From positions 744,001-808,000 of the forward strand of contig RSEE01000008.1 in NCBI GenBank assembly GCA_003971905.1: a stretch of 64,000 nucleotides of DNA. The letters are read 5' to 3'. The notes below the pieces were generated by a model. The model searched no databases and was not told the origin of the DNA. It was given only the letters and a program-made list of their open reading frames with translations. Source of the stretch: Moniliella sp. 'wahieum'. Taxonomy: Eukaryota. Of the stretch, positions 36,208 to 50,244 are shown one piece after another. The position numbers and the translations under genes were made by a program. Position 1 is the first letter of the stretch. Every line of letters begins with the position of its first letter.

Positions 36208-38823
36208 TTAAGAGATGAAGCACTTGTCTGCGTTCCTTCTTCTGCTCTTGCTTCCGGTCCGTCTCGTTTTCTCTTTCCTTCTCGCGTACCTCTCTCGGGA
36301 ACCAAACTTTCAGCACATTGCCGTTGCCTCGTCCAAATTACCTAGCAACGACAGTGCACAAGTCAGAGTCAACCAAACACTAAACCAAACCGTTCCGCGT
36401 CACGGCAGGGCAGGACAAAGGGGAGCAACGTACGTTCGTCAGCCGAGCTCACAGCGTTCGGCGCCCGACACAAGGGGCAGTCATGCCAGCCTTGTTTTTG
36501 GAGCTTGACCATGCACCGCATGCAGAACAAGTGGGAGCAATCCAGGCGGATCGGGCGCCAAGCCACATCAGTGCAGATGGAGCACGAGACTTCGTCCAAA
36601 GAAGGCAGGATTGGAAGCAGCTGACTGCTCATGAGAGAGAAAAGCATGTGACCAAAGACTCTTCCGCCTCCTTTTTCACAGCCTGAGCTGGGGCGGAAGA
36701 GGTGGTCGAGGGCGGGCACCAACGCCTCGATCGACGGTTGAGGGGGGGCGGCGGGCGTTGTTGAGACAGATGTCGTCGCGCTGGGGTGGAAGGCGTAGGC
36801 GAAGGAAGGACCGACGAGCCTGTAGGGGGCGTCTTGTTATTCGACCCACCCAGGCTGAGCCCAGCAACGTTGATTGGTTTCTTCCACCGTTTGAGTGCCG
36901 AGCGAACGCGGTGCGACTCTTCCGTAGACCCACCACTGGCGAGCGCATTGGCAATCGCCACAGGATCCGGCAGGACTGGCAGTTTCTCAACACTGCCATC
37001 ATCGAGATCCGAGGGCAGGGGAGACTTGCCCAATCCGGCAGAAACAACAAAAACTGCTTCAAATCGGTCCCAGCTGAAAGAGCGGTACGCTTATCGTGCT
37101 TCTTGAGGATCTTGCGTGCGCCTCGAGGTTGACTTGCTGGTACTTCTTGACGTCCAGAAGAGTTACATTGAGTGCCATAAAGTCATTTAACGCTTGCTCC
37201 GACTGGGCCGACAGTTTATGCGGTTCGGGCGAGGCGGTATGGAAGTGAGAGCCAGGCAGATGAAACGCCGGAATCCGGCTGGCCGAGTGGTCATGACCTG
37301 CATCGTGATGATTGGGCACATCCGACGCAGAGTGGACCCGGTGCAGTGCTGCGGGCACTTTCCAGTCCTGTGGCGAAGACGCGGAGAGGACTTGGGACGA
37401 GGAAGTGTATCAGTCGTATCAATGCGAGAGGCTTGGACAGGTTCATGGAGCCAACCGCGCTGATGAAGTTGATCGGCAAACTTGTGCAGCCTACGCTCCG
37501 ATTCATCGGGCGGCAGTTCACCTGCATCGGCCTCCCGTGTCGACTCAAAGATCTGCGCATCAGTCCAGAGCTGGAAGATCTCCCGCCAGGCATACAGGTC
37601 TTGGGCTTTCCTGTGGGGGCTGGTGGCTTGGCCAATTGCCTGGGTCAGGCGCTGAGTGGCGGCGATAAACTCTTTGCGTTGCAGCGACTGAACCGACTGC
37701 ACAGCAACGAGGGCTTGGGTCAAGATATCGAGGAATTGGGCATCGGCCAAGAGGGGAATCACGACTTGCCGCCGACGCACCTTCCGAATACGAGGGCGGA
37801 TCCTACTCACTTCAGGGCTGGCCGTGTTCGACTGCAAGTGGGTAGAACGGGCCTTGGCAGCATGGCGGTGCAGCCGCGGGCTCATTGAAAACTCCTTGGT
37901 GCTGGTGCCCGAATCCAGCACCAGGTTGTCTTGCAGCGCCAGTTCCAGTTCCGTTTTGGCCAGTGAGGGGGAGGAGCAGCTCGGGGCGTGCTCTTGTTGA
38001 TGTGCGAAAACGCATGAGGGGTACGCTCCTGCGTCTCGTCCGGTTCCGAATCAGCCTCGGCGTCCGCTTCAGCCGCCGCTTGCTCTTGGGCCTGTACTGA
38101 GGTCCGGTCACGATGCCTCTTGCGAATGGAGGAGGAAACGGAGGCAGGGTAGTTGCCAAGCGATGGGGATGGGAGTCGGACCGAGGGAGGAGGTGAAGGC
38201 TCGGCATCGCTCTCGTCGGAAGCGTCCGAAGTAACGGCGACTCGATCGTGATGCGGATACGGGGGGGTACTGGGTGGTCTGCGTCACCCGACAACTCATA
38301 CGCGCATGAGCACGGCGCCCGCCCGCACCATGAACCCAGTCTTCATGCGCATCGGGGGACGAGTCTGCGCACCTCGACCACTTCAGGCTCGGTCGCATAG
38401 TCGGATTCTAAGAGCTTGCTCAAGGCGGGAGGCGGTGAGGATTTGGCCTTGTCCGGCTCGTCTTCCGACGATTCCAGCCGGGTACCATTAGCCGGGTCTG
38501 ACATGGCAGTGTCCGCCGCCGATCCAGTGTCAGAAGACTTGTGGTGTGAGGGGTGCTTGTGGGGGACGTGCTCGAGCCAATCTTGGCAGTGTGGGGTACA
38601 CTCCCCTCTGGAGTGGAGACAGCAGTCTTGCGATCCTTTTTGGCGCGGTCCTGCTGATCAAGAAGTTCACTCAGGACCGACTGGGACAATCCCAAGCCCT
38701 CGAGTTCGGCCACCACACCATTGATGAGCTTTTTGAGTGCTTGTATTCAATCGCACCCTTGCGCCACTCCTCGGGGAAGTTGGGCCGGGCGAGAGCGTCA
38801 AGGTAGGACTTGCCAAACTTCAT
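36208..38823 (-). CDS. SPX-RING E3 ubiquitin ligase (S. pombe Pqr1/Spx1-like), intron 36342-36433, frameshifted
   Basis: N-terminal MKFGKSYL (SPX start); DLYAWREIFQLWTDAQIFES; KKYQQVN..RKILKKHDKRT; RING CSICTDVAWRPIRLDCSHLFCMRCMVKLQ..CPLCRAP; last exon WFPREVREK..DKCFIS*. Confidence 0.85.
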
Positions 38824-39471
38824 CCTGGTCTGGTAAGCGTCAGCAACGCGGGAATGGGGTGATAAGGGGTGTAGGTTCGGTGCAGGGGCAGGTGCGGGCG
38901 GTGCGGAGGGAGCTGGGGGTGGTGGTGGTGGTGGGGAGACAGGAGAAAAGGACCAGCAAAACGGCTATGTGACCGAGAGTTTTTGTGCGTTGCCTGGCTG
39001 CGACCGCATGTTCCTGGCGGCTGGGTAGCCTAGCCATCCAGCCGCTGACAGTGCTGACTAGCCTACTGCCCTCAGTCGGCGTGGATTTCAATTCTTCAGT
39101 CCCGCCCCACGCACTTTTCAAGCTCAAGCTTGATCAATTATCGCTTTGTGATTGATTTTGCCACCTCCGACTCTAATCGATCTCAGCGCCCATGCTTTCT
39201 TCACTAGTGACAAGCACTGGATCCAGCTACTGGTATGGCCTAAGGCAGAGAATTGTCCCACCGTCGAGCGGCAGTTCAAAGGAGTCCCTCCGCAGCCCGC
39301 CTCTCTCCCATCGACGCTCAACCTGTCATCGTTCAGCAAAAAGAGTAATACACTGCACAGGGGCACAGATATTAATACTTTTTCTCTATCGCAACACACA
39401 ACGTCCACACAGCCACCACGCACCTGCCCAACTTGTGCTGCCACAACCGCACTCTCCCCCTAGCATGTGAA

Positions 39472-39991
39472 ATGGAATCAGTTACTCATCCACCTTATCT
39501 ACGTCATACGCGCCATGTTTATGGAACGCAGCCTGTATACTCTGGGGAGACGCGTTCTGAAATCTGTCGCGAGGAGCAAACCATACCAGAGACTTATCAT
39601 GATGAGATGCTTGATCGTTATCGAAGCCACAAATACGTCCGCTGCTTTGCCAAGCCCGTGCCAGACACCCAGGCACTCAGTACTCAAATGTCAAGCGGGG
39701 TGCCTATGCTTGACGTCAAAAAGCCACAGGCAAAAAACGATGGAGTGGAGCGTCTCGTCTCCTTCGAGGTATGTGCGATCAGCGGATGAGCGAGACGCGC
39801 TATGAGTGTGTACCCAACATGACAGCTACTGTTGATCCTTCATCCGTCCATTACAGACCCGTCATAGACCAGCCCGCTTGCAAATTGTGTCCCGTTCTTC
39901 TTGGTTGGAGTTAGATACCGCTGCACGTGGCCTTTCGCCAGCAGATCTGCCCAAATTACCTCACGCAGCAAAAGAAAAATCCAGATGGTGA
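39472..39991 (+). CDS. Possible small hypothetical protein (exons 39472-39768 and 39857-39991)
   Basis: GAG|GTATGT donor and TTACAG acceptor give an open spliced frame of 143 aa; no domain recognised. Confidence 0.25.
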
Positions 39992-40387
39992 AGATCGAAA
40001 CCGCAAGAATCGGGGGGGGAAAGATCTTCAAAAGATCTTGAGCGGGCCTCGGCCCTCAAATTCTGCAAGGTCCACGGATCCTTCAGGCGCGGAACGTGCG
40101 GGGGATGTGTGGAGCAGTCACTAGCTAGCGTGAAGAAGCTCTTGACTAGTCAAGCTAGTCATGGGTCCTTGAAGTGATTGGCACTACTCACAACGTCGTC
40201 ACTGCCGTCACAAGCGTAGCACCACAGTATGGAAACAAGACCGGGAGAGCAGAAACGTCGAGCCAGCGTGGTGTCCTCCGACGGAGGGTGCAGCGTTCTT
40301 ACCACCGGGCGAAAAAAGCCAACGTGCCCTTTCGGGGTTGAACGTACGTTGAACGTTCAAGTTATCAGGTGGTTCTGATCGATGGCC

Positions 40388-40414
40388 ATGCATCATGCAT
40401 CATGCATCATGCAT
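40388..40414. repeat. (ATGCAT-C)4 palindromic heptamer array
   Basis: Direct reading. Confidence 0.85.
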
Positions 40415-40792
40415 CATGTCCAGGTCAGGTTGAAAGTTGAAAGCAGCAAAGCGTCGCTGGCCACTCGCCGTTGCAAAATGCGCCAGCGGCCGCTGCGTGG
40501 GCAGCTACTCACGTGACCACCATTACATTCGCCCAGTAGCTTCCATCGCTACCGAACCCAAACTGCTTCCCCAGGCTGGCATGAGTTCTGGCTGCTGCTC
40601 ACCGCTGGTTGCTTGCCGCCCATGTCGGCCTGATTCCACAGCAAAAGAACTCCCAGGGCGGCAGGCTGCCAATCTAAAGAGTGAAGTTAAGTAAACAAAC
40701 TGAGCAGCGAACATGATGATTGATTTTTTGTGCGAATAAGTTGTGCTATAGAGATACAGATGCAACCAGAGTCCCGTGAAATAACGAGTGCT

Positions 40793-43314
40793 TTAATCGT
40801 GGCGAAGCACACGCCCTTCCACCACTTCGTCGTCGTCGTTAGACGCCGTCTGTTTCTGCTGCGCCTTGGGCACAGGTTCCGAGGCGGTGGTGTGGATAAG
40901 AGCGCATTGTACTCATCGTCGCCCAGCTTCCAATCCGGGTTGGTCTCCACGCTGACCGTGTCGCCATCCCGAATGTCGCCCTCGATGATGAGGTTGGCCA
41001 CCTTGTTGAGCACCGCGCTCTGGATCAACCGGTTCAACGGACGAGCACCAAATACTTCACTGTACCCGTTTGTCGCCAACCAGAGCCGTGTCGCTTCGCT
41101 CACCTCGAGCTTGATCCGGCGCTCATCTGCCAACCGTTTCTCCACCTTGGCCAAACGAATATCGACAATGCCTTCAAGCGCCTTTGGTGGCAGCGCGTTG
41201 TACACCAACGTGGCGTCAATCCGGTTCAGCAGCTCCAGCGGCAACGCCTTTTGCAACTCGCTGTCCAATGCCTTGCGCCCGCTTGCGGTCAGACTGCCAT
41301 CGTCGTTTGTCGCCCCCCACCCACGGTACGCCTCCACGCCAATATTGGAAGTCATGGCGATGATAGTGTTGGTAAAGTCGACCTTGCGTCCTTGCGAGTC
41401 GGTCAGGTGGCCTTCATCGAGCAACTGCAAAAGCGACATTTGCACGTTGCGCGCCGCCTTTTCAAACTCGTCGAACAACACAATCGCATACGGCCGCCGA
41501 CGCACTTGTTCCGTCAAGGCACCGCCAGCGTCGTAACCCACGTACCCGGGAGGAGCACCGAGCAACTTGCTGATCGCGTGGTTCTCCGACAGCTCAGAGC
41601 AATCGATCCGGATCAACGCATCCTGCGAGTCAAACAGTTGTTGGGCCAGCACCTTGCACGTCTCGGTTTTGCCCGTGCCGGTAGGGCCGAGCATGAGTGC
41701 CGAGGCAAGCGGTCGGCCGGGCTGGTGGAGACCTGCGCGGCTCAACCGGATGGCCTGCGCAAGCGATTTGAGTGCCTGGTCTTGCCCAACAATCGCCTTG
41801 CGCATCACATCCTCCAGATGAAGCAGACGTTCCCTCTCCCCGCGCAGGAGTGAGCGGAGCGGGACACCCGTCAGCCGCGCTACCACGGCCGCAATGTCCT
41901 CCGACGTCACCCGGTCGTGCAAGAGCGTTCCACGGGCATCATCTCCCCGTGCTTCTGCCTCCTCGTTGGCCCGCGCCTCAGCAGCCTCCTCTTCCTCAGT
42001 GGGAATCTGCTTGCGCAATTCGGGAATGACGGCATACTGCAGCTCGGCGACGCGTTGGAGATTGCCCTCGCGAGTTTGGCGCTCAAGCTCCACAGTCGCC
42101 TCTTCCAATCGCTCTTTCAGAGACCGCACATCCTCCAGACGCCGACGCTCTTGTTGCCAACGTTCTGAGAGCTGCTCGAGCTCCGCCTGCTTCGATGCGA
42201 GGTGCTCTTCAAGCGTCTCGCGCCGAGTTGCGCTGGCCGCATCTTTTTCCATCCGAAGCGATTCGAGCTCGATTTGCATCGTCAGTACCTCCCTCCAACG
42301 ATTCGATCCCTTCTGGTTTGGATTCTTGTTGCAGACGCAATGCAGCAGCGGCTTCATCGACCAGGTCCAAAGCCGCATCCGGGTTCTTGCGCTCGGAAAT
42401 GTAGCGTTCGGCATAGCGGGCTGCCGTCACCAAGGCCGAGTCGGCAATGCCAATGCCGTGGAAGGTCTCGTAGCGTGTCCGCAGGCCACGCAGGATGGAA
42501 ATGGTGGCCGGAAGCGAGGGCTCAAACACGCTGACCGGTTGGAACCGACGGGCCAGGGCAGAGTCCTTCTCGATGGTGTTGCGGTACTCGTCAAACGTCG
42601 TAGCTCCCGCAACGTTCAACACGCCCCGGGCCAACAATGGCTTCATCATGTTGGCCGCATCGAGGCTGCCCTCGCTCTTGCCCAGGTTGAACAGCATGTG
42701 CATCTCATCAATGAAGAGAATCACCTTGCCTTCCTTTTTCTCAATTTCTTGCAGCAGCGACTTGATCCGCGCTTCAAATTGACCGCGCACCGCAGTGCCC
42801 GACATGAGCCCAGCCAAGTCGAGAGAAAGGATCTTCTTGTCCAGCAACGAGTCGGGCACTTCTCGGTTCACGATCCGTTGTGCCAGACCTTCCATGATCG
42901 CTGTCTTTCCGACACCAGCCGGACCGAGCAACACAGGATTCGACTTGGTCCGTCGCGACAGAACTTGCAAAGTCCGACGGATCTCGCTATCGCGGCCAAT
43001 GACAGGATCCAGCTTGCCTTCGGCGGCAAGTTGGGTCAAGTCTGTGGTAAACTCCTCCAGTACCGAAGGTTCTTGGTTCTGTGCGCCAGGACCACCGGGA
43101 CCTCCGGGCCCATGCCGCCCATAAAGGGGGGGAAGCCCATTCCGTTCCAGTTGTTGTTGTTGGCCAAACGGCGAGGAGTCGTGCTGAGCATGCGGCGGGC
43201 GGACAGCGAGACGAAGGGAAGCGCCTTGGAGCAGCGCAGCAGAGGGGTGGAGAAGGTGCGAGGTGCCGCACGTGTGGCCGCAGCCAAAGTGCGATGTGCA
43301 GGAAGCATTCGCAT
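40793..43314 (-). CDS. HSP78: Mitochondrial ClpB-family disaggregase Hsp78, frameshifted
   Basis: R/S/A-rich presequence and no Clp N-domain; [79 protein letters not shown]. Confidence 0.92.
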
Positions 43315-43980
43315 GGTGGGGAAGGAGAAGGGGGTGTAGACAGAAGGCAGGGCAGGCTGTCGTGCGCTGCTGTATATATACTTGCCAACGGGCCCCAGTG
43401 GCGGAAACACAAACCACAACCGAAGCTACGCGAAACATCGAGAGCTTACGTAAGTGGCTTCTCCGCTTGTCTCGGGCTCTCCGAACGTTCGACAATCAAT
43501 TAATCAAAGTGTCAGCGCGTCAGCACTGACCAGCAGCGGGCCTCAGCTTCTCCTCGGTACACTCTCCAGTACCTTCAGTGCTGGCCCCCAGCTTTCCTAG
43601 TGACGTCTGTGGCGAGTCACTGCCCACACCAGCCACGCCCCTGCTCTTAGCCTTCGACATTCAACGCGCAGTATTCAATGCGGCCCGGATGTCACGCCAC
43701 TATATCATCCGTCCCACAGCCATCATTGCTGGGGGCGGCAATGCATTGCGTCTCCTGACCAAGTCGAAGGGCAAGGGGATGTGAATGGAGGTGTTCCATT
43801 GCAGGCTCGGCACACAACGGAACCCCCCAGAATCAAGTAGCAAAAGTCCAACCGAACAGAGAAAACGAAAGAGTGATAGATAATTCATCGATGAATACAA
43901 TGGTGACCAGGGAAAGGCTTGTAATATAGATGACGCGGACGGCTCCCATCTGTCCTATCTGGGATTAACCCAACCCCATC

Positions 43981-45170
43981 TCAACGTGGACGACGTTCAC
44001 GCGAATGAGCGCTAGGCGCAGCACCAATGTTAGCCTCGTGGTGGTGCATGCGTGTCACGGCCGAGGTAGGTGGACGAAGAGCAAATGTGGACCGTGGTAG
44101 TTCGCCGTATCCCTCAGCTTCGCCATAACCCCTCCGAATAAAGATGGGCACGAGATTCGTCCATCCCAGCCTCTTCTTCGTCACGGGAACCATCATAAGA
44201 ATAGGGAGGGCAACTCCCCCTCCTCGTGGCCGTATGGTACCTTGAGATCCTCGTCCATGTCATCCGAGTCGTTGGAGTCGTACAACATAAAGTCCTTGCG
44301 CCCCTGTTCGCTCGCCCGGGGCGGGCGGAAGGAAGAAGGCTTGCTCCGCCGCGGTGGCCGCTCGTCCATGTCATACTCTTCCGTCACAAATCCATAGGGA
44401 CCGAGATCACTCTCGTTCAATTGACGCGCTGAAGTGGAACGTGGCGCGGCGGAGCGTGGGGCGGTGGGCAGCGCAACAGATACCTTATCCTTGCGCCGCC
44501 GGCGCCTCTCCTTGCCAGGTGGCTTGGAAGGCTTGGCAAGAACAGAGCGGATTGGGGTCCAGATGTGGCCGCTGCGGCGGCGGCGAACAATGTAGAAAAT
44601 GAGCATCGCTACCAAGATCAGCACCACCACCGGCACGACCACCGAGGGAACAATCGTCCCTGTCTTGGGTTTGGCATCAGGAGTGGTAGAGGTGGAGGCA
44701 GTTGGACTTGAATTCACAGGGGATTTGTAGGCAGGGACAGGAGAGGTGATCATGCTGTTCGCCCAGCAGGACTTGTTGTCCTTGGGTGGCAGGAGTTCAA
44801 ACGGGGTGCTGTTGGCGCTCAAGCCCGACTCTTGGTCGAGGATGTAGAGATGGTACATGCCCGGAGGCACCATGATCTGGCCCCATTCATAGTAGCGGAT
44901 GTCAGTGCCAATGTTGAGCGTGATGGTCTGGAACTGGGGGACAGCGGCGGTGGTGTAGATACGCAAGAGCGCGACATCTTCTTCGGTGGCGGTGTTCTCG
45001 TAGGCCCACTGGATGCCAGCCGAGTCGCACGCGCGGGCACCGGTGAGGGGGCAATGAACAAGTTGCCTGCTTGGCCGTTGTATGCGTCGCCCATGGCTGG
45101 CTGGGGGGGGAGAGATCGAGGAGCAGAGGCGACGGGGCGGGATCGCTGCGCCCCAGATAGACATGGGCAT
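43981..45170 (-). CDS. Single-pass type I membrane protein with S/T-rich stalk (Mid2/Wsc-like topology)
   Basis: Cys-containing extracellular region, S/T/P-rich linker, TM segment IVPSVVVPVVVLILVAMLIFYIV followed by RRRR; ends uncertain. Confidence 0.6.
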
Positions 45171-46090
45171 CAACCATCGACGGCTGCAACCGTTGCTTCC
45201 CAGCCCGCCCGCGGCTGCTTGCTTGCGCCCCGCACGACGCCGCCCAGGCCACCGCACCCCAGGGGCAGTGTGCCTGCACGCTGGGGGTCTGATGCAATTG
45301 CACATTTCAAGAGCTTCACGTTTCAACGTTCAATCATCGGCCAGAGGCTGGCTGGCGCTTGGTTGGTCCTGCGCTAGCTAGCATCCATCATGCAACAGAC
45401 TCCGTACTCACTCAGTGCAGAGGCACGCCACGGCCCTGTGGCACATTCCCCCTGGAGGGTTACGAGCACATTTATATCTTGTAGGTGGGCAAGCACAAAG
45501 ATACCGTGTGTGCGAGGAATGCCAATCGACGAGGGCGGGTCAGGACCGAAGCAGGCAACGTGAGGCAAGCTAGCCCCCGCTCTGTTTGCCCTTTGGATTC
45601 TTCGTTGCTTGGTCAACACACTCTCTGAATCGGCTTATCATGTCGATGCAAAGCGTCTCTGCTCTGGTTCGGTGCTGGGCCACCACCCGCGCGGTGATAT
45701 TCTGCCACCGGCAAAGAAAAGAGTCAGCCAAGTCCCTTGGGTCCTGTTGGGGAGGTTTGACCTGGGTTTGGTGGACAGGCGGCAACAGCAAGAGCTATCA
45801 ATCGTGGAGGGTGTATGTATGAGCATGTGACCTACTCGCCCCCGGGGGGATCCCTTGCACAAGCAACGTTGGAAGATCTGCCCACCCAGTTCGCGTATGG
45901 AGCAGATAAAGAATGGTCGTAGCAACGTCATGCAATGAAATTAGATACCCAGTCCAGCAGTAGGACGCATCCAAATAAAAATAAGAACATGCGCGTGGAA
46001 CAGTTCGGGCAGAGCAGCACACAGTACCCAGCTTCTTGTCGTGAAGGTGTTCCAAGTCGGGCAAGTGCGCGAAAAAAGACCACGACTTCG

Positions 46091-46891
46091 TCATCTCAAT
46101 CGAGCGAAAAAAGCGAGGATTGAGGAAGCTCCCCCTCCCCTATGGAGAGGGAGCGACGGGAGCACCCAACGAAACCCCAGCCTGGACTTGAGCCGCATCC
46201 GCTCTCCCCCACAGCGCTTGAAGTACAGTCGAGAGACCCAACTTGCCCTTCCCAGCGTTATCGCCAAATCGGACGACAGACCAGTCCTCGATGCGGTGCT
46301 CGAGCTTATGCAGCATACGCTGCGGCACAAACGAGTGGGTATTTGAGGTTCCAATCCGAGCCTCAATGTCGGCCAGCTGAGCGAAGCTGGTCCAAGGGCT
46401 GTCAAGGGGAAAAGTAGGTAGGACATCTTTTCGTTTAGGCAGGCCAGCACTGCGGGACGGGGGAGAGAGATTCTCATCCTCACTGTCCTCACTGTTGTGC
46501 AATGGGCTAAAAGGCGAAGGAGATGGGACAATGGGTTTGCTTGGATCCCCCGGAGAATAGACCACGTGTTCCCGTACTAATAGGTACTCAGCCAGGGACA
46601 TGTTGGTCGAAGTTTGCTCCATCTTGGCCGCCATGGGATCCACCAACGTCACTTCACGTACAAACGTGTCTGCCAACCCACCTAACAGACGTTGTGCCCA
46701 CCCAGGAGCCGCCTGGCGCACGCCCAGAATCCGCTCCAGTCGCAATCGTCCCGAGTCTGGGTCGTACCTTTGGTCCAACACGTCCATCGACACCACATGG
46801 GCGCGCATGGGTTGGGGTACTTGTTCAGCACCCCGAGCGCGGTCTCGGCCCATGTGTAGGGAAAGAAGGTGGTGTGGAGGAATTCGCGCAT
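46091..46891 (-). CDS. UPS1: PRELI/MSF1-family mitochondrial lipid transfer protein (Ups1-like), frameshifted
   Basis: FPYTWAETALGVLNKYPNP..HVVSMDVLDQR..LRLERILGVRQAAPGW..STNMSL..RFGDNAGKGKLGL. Ups1 versus Ups2/3 is not certain. Confidence 0.75.
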
Positions 46892-47280
46892 GGTGCTAAT
46901 GCGGGTGGTAGATCGTGTTGCGCGAACACGAGGCGCTGAGAGCGCTGCGAAGAGCTGAGATCAGCTCTGAGAGGTGGTTGCTGGTTTAAGTTTGGCTGAG
47001 GCCGCAGTGACAGTTGCCGACTGGCCTAGTAGGGTGTTTTTTATTTCTTTTTTCACATTGCCCCAGGCACTGGTGCCGTGCGGCGGGCGGAGCTGACTCG
47101 TCTCGGCAGCGTACTCGGCATTAAATATCGAGTGCCTAAATACGAACAGTGACTATCAGTGACGTACCTGCCTGACTACATCATGATCCCTTTTACGGGA
47201 CATGTCCTCGCGCTTCTGTGGGTGGGATGAGACGCTCTTTTTTGTCCGACTGCATGACTGCCGAGACACCTATAATCTTG

Positions 47281-47307
47281 AAGCTTGAAGCTTGAAGCTT
47301 GAAGCTT
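47281..47307. repeat. (AAGCTT-G)4 palindromic heptamer array
   Basis: Direct reading. Confidence 0.85.
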
Positions 47308-47761
47308 GAGAAGCGGTCAACTGGTTACATGTAACGAGGAGTCGCCATGCCGTGGATTTCACCAACAACGCTTTCCATATTACTACACACCGCCACACCC
47401 ACACCACTGCGCTCTCGACCGGTTCGCCTCCCGTTTCCCCCTCGGCGTTCATTAGGACGAAGAATCTAGGGTAGTCCCTCCGTACAATTTTGGTGTGCTT
47501 CGGTCGATAGTGGGAGAGGGTGGCATGAATTTTTCCGCGGTCGGTACAGGGAGCCCGACAGGATGACCCCCCTCGCCCCTTTGCATTTTTCTCTCGTTGC
47601 AGTGTGGTTGTCGCCAATGAGAGAAAGACGTCGTCAACCGAGTTACGGACGGGGTGTCTCCTGGCGACGTTCTCTGCTCCCTTGTTGGCCTTCTTCTTTC
47701 CTGCGCCGACCGAACCGCAAAAGAGCCGGAGACAGGGCGCTGGCATAACTAGCAGGACTAG

Positions 47762-50244
47762 TTACTCAAGAGGCGAAAAGGGTTGCCGCATCCAGGTAAT
47801 CTCCCGCATCACATGCAGATGCTCCAGGGAGGAAGCTGGGATATCGTCGTCTCGGGTAGCGTCAGCCCACAGTTGGTCAGGGTCACAATCCTCAAAGCGA
47901 CGGATGATTGTGTCAATCCCATTTTCCGATGTGTCATTGAACGGCGCGTGAAGTGCATGCAAGAAATGGAGGTCGTCCCGAGCCTCACGCGAGATGATGG
48001 CCAACGGCATCTGGTTGTAACGGGCGGCCTGCTGAAGGTCGAATAACCAACCGGCGAGTGGGTGCGGGCTCCCCCTTCCAGATGACGATGACGAGCCGGG
48101 CCAAACATAATGTGATGAAGGAGCTCTATTACATCGAAGGAGTCAGGGTCGAGGTCTGCTGGAAGATCCTTCTTGGAGTGCTTATCAAGTGTGTGGAGCC
48201 AACCGTCCAACTTTCACGGTTCGGGGCGCCGAACATTGCAGAGCGCAGTGGGAACGAGCAGGCGCTCCTGCTGCATCTGCATCTTCGTGTGGGACGACCG
48301 AACCACGGCCAGTTGCTCGTCAAACCGACAAGTTCGGCAGCGTGGACACGGCAGGGACATCCTCGCGCTACGCGCGAATCTCGTCCAGAATCGAAATCGT
48401 GAGCGTTTCGAAACGATGAAGGCCAGCTGTTGTTTCCCCCACAGCGGCTTCTTCGGGCGAGGCCGGACAAGCGTCCCACAGTGTCTTACACTAGTCAGCC
48501 TTGTGGTCGTCAGCCTGGCGGTCGAAAGCACCCATTGGGAAGATGGGCTGACAGTATGCCAGCAGGTGGCAGGAGGGAGACCAAGCGAACGAGATCTCCC
48601 CAAACCTATCACCACATGCCTCACAGCCCCACAACCCGACCGTTCGGGGTATCTGCCGCTCCTGCCGCCCCGCGACAAAGGTGGGTGATGCCGCTCAAGG
48701 TCTGGGCTGAGATTCTCCGCGCAATTCATCCTAAGTCTTGTTGTCACTGCGTTGAGAGCCTGATGAGGGAATCACGAAGGAGACGCAGGCCTGGCTGTCT
48801 TCGCGCAAAAATGGGGTTTGAATGATGAGACAGGAAGACGGTACATATACCAGGGATAGGCTGAAGAAGACAAATTTGCACTACTGTACATTAACCGTAG
48901 TAAACAGATCCAATTCGTCCGATTCGCGTGAAGCGCACAGGAGAGTAATGAATTTAGGATGCATGCCATCTGGTTGGCAGGTGAAAAACAGAGATGTTGG
49001 AGGATAGAAGGAAAGAACATGAAGGATATATAACAGAGGGGGGATGAAGTGAGGAAGAGGGTCAGAAAAGTGTGCTTCAAGCACTAAAGGTTCACAAGAA
49101 GGCAGGCTGCAGCAAGAGTAAAAGCGGCCATAGAGGAAACCCATCGTCACCACACGACGTGTTGCGAGGAACGTGAGGCATAAGGAATAGGAATGCCCCC
49201 TCCTTCCTCCTTGGACAGACTTTTTCGGCGCGGGGGCCAGCCCCGGGGGAACCTACGAGACCGATCATGGGATACGTCGATGGGATCGATCCCCAACATA
49301 GTAGAACGGCTCATGCTCTGGCTCTCACGGTGGGACGGTGGAATGGGATTGTGAGGCACCACGGGGCCCAAGTCCCCGGCAGCGCTTGGTCGTCGACTGG
49401 CCTTAGAACCGTACGTGGGCTTCAAGACCGGGGTAGAGAGTTTGCGCGTACTGTGGGGGTTTCGCAGTATGGTACGTGGTGTACCTATTGGTAGGTGAGT
49501 GTGGGCACGTGGACGGAGAACAGCAGATGGTGGGGGCAGGAACGGCGAGGGCGCAGGGCCCATCTCCATCTCCATATTGAGATCGAGGTCGAACATGTCC
49601 GGATGGTCCACTGGCTCCACGGGCCTTTCCCGCGGGGGAATAGGTGGTTGGGACCTTGGATCTTGTCCCCATGTCCATACTCCAGTTTCGACCAGGGGGT
49701 GATCAGGCGCTGAGGGCCCCGCAGAGAGATTTATCTTGGCGCCCGGATGGATAGGGGAGATGGACACGGACTGAACGGGCACAGCAGAGAAGCCTTGGGT
49801 CGGGGCACGACGCTGTGGTTCGCGTCCACGCTGGATGGATGTATTGCGGACCATGTTGCGGCCCCGACTGTTGTAGCTAGGGAACGGGGGTAATTGACCT
49901 TCGTCCGTTGGGGTTGAGAGAGGGGCGTCTGCATGGTTGCACGGGGAAAAAGGGGGAAAGGGGGGTCAGCGTTGGTACATTATATGCATGTGAGAGGAGT
50001 GGGACGACCTACCATCTTCGAGTGATGAAGCGCCAATCGATAGTGTGTGGGTGCATATAGAGGCAAGGGGGGAGTTTGCAGTAGCAGCCGCGGGAATATC
50101 GATGGCAGATAAGCAAGGCAAGGGTGTAGACGAGGAGGCGGGAAGAGACTGCTGAGGACGAGCCGGAGCGGCCGGCGTGTGTTGTTTTTGGATGTGGTGA
50201 AGATGGTATACGGAGACGGGGTGTGTGCCGTCGGGGCGTGCCAT
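47762..50244 (-). CDS. Hypothetical multi-exon protein with P/S-rich N-terminus
   Basis: ATG at 50244 (MARPDG..), intron-like GTAGGT..GCTGAC..CAG near 50012-49930, and consecutive minus-strand ORFs down to 47762; no family recognised. Confidence 0.4.
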
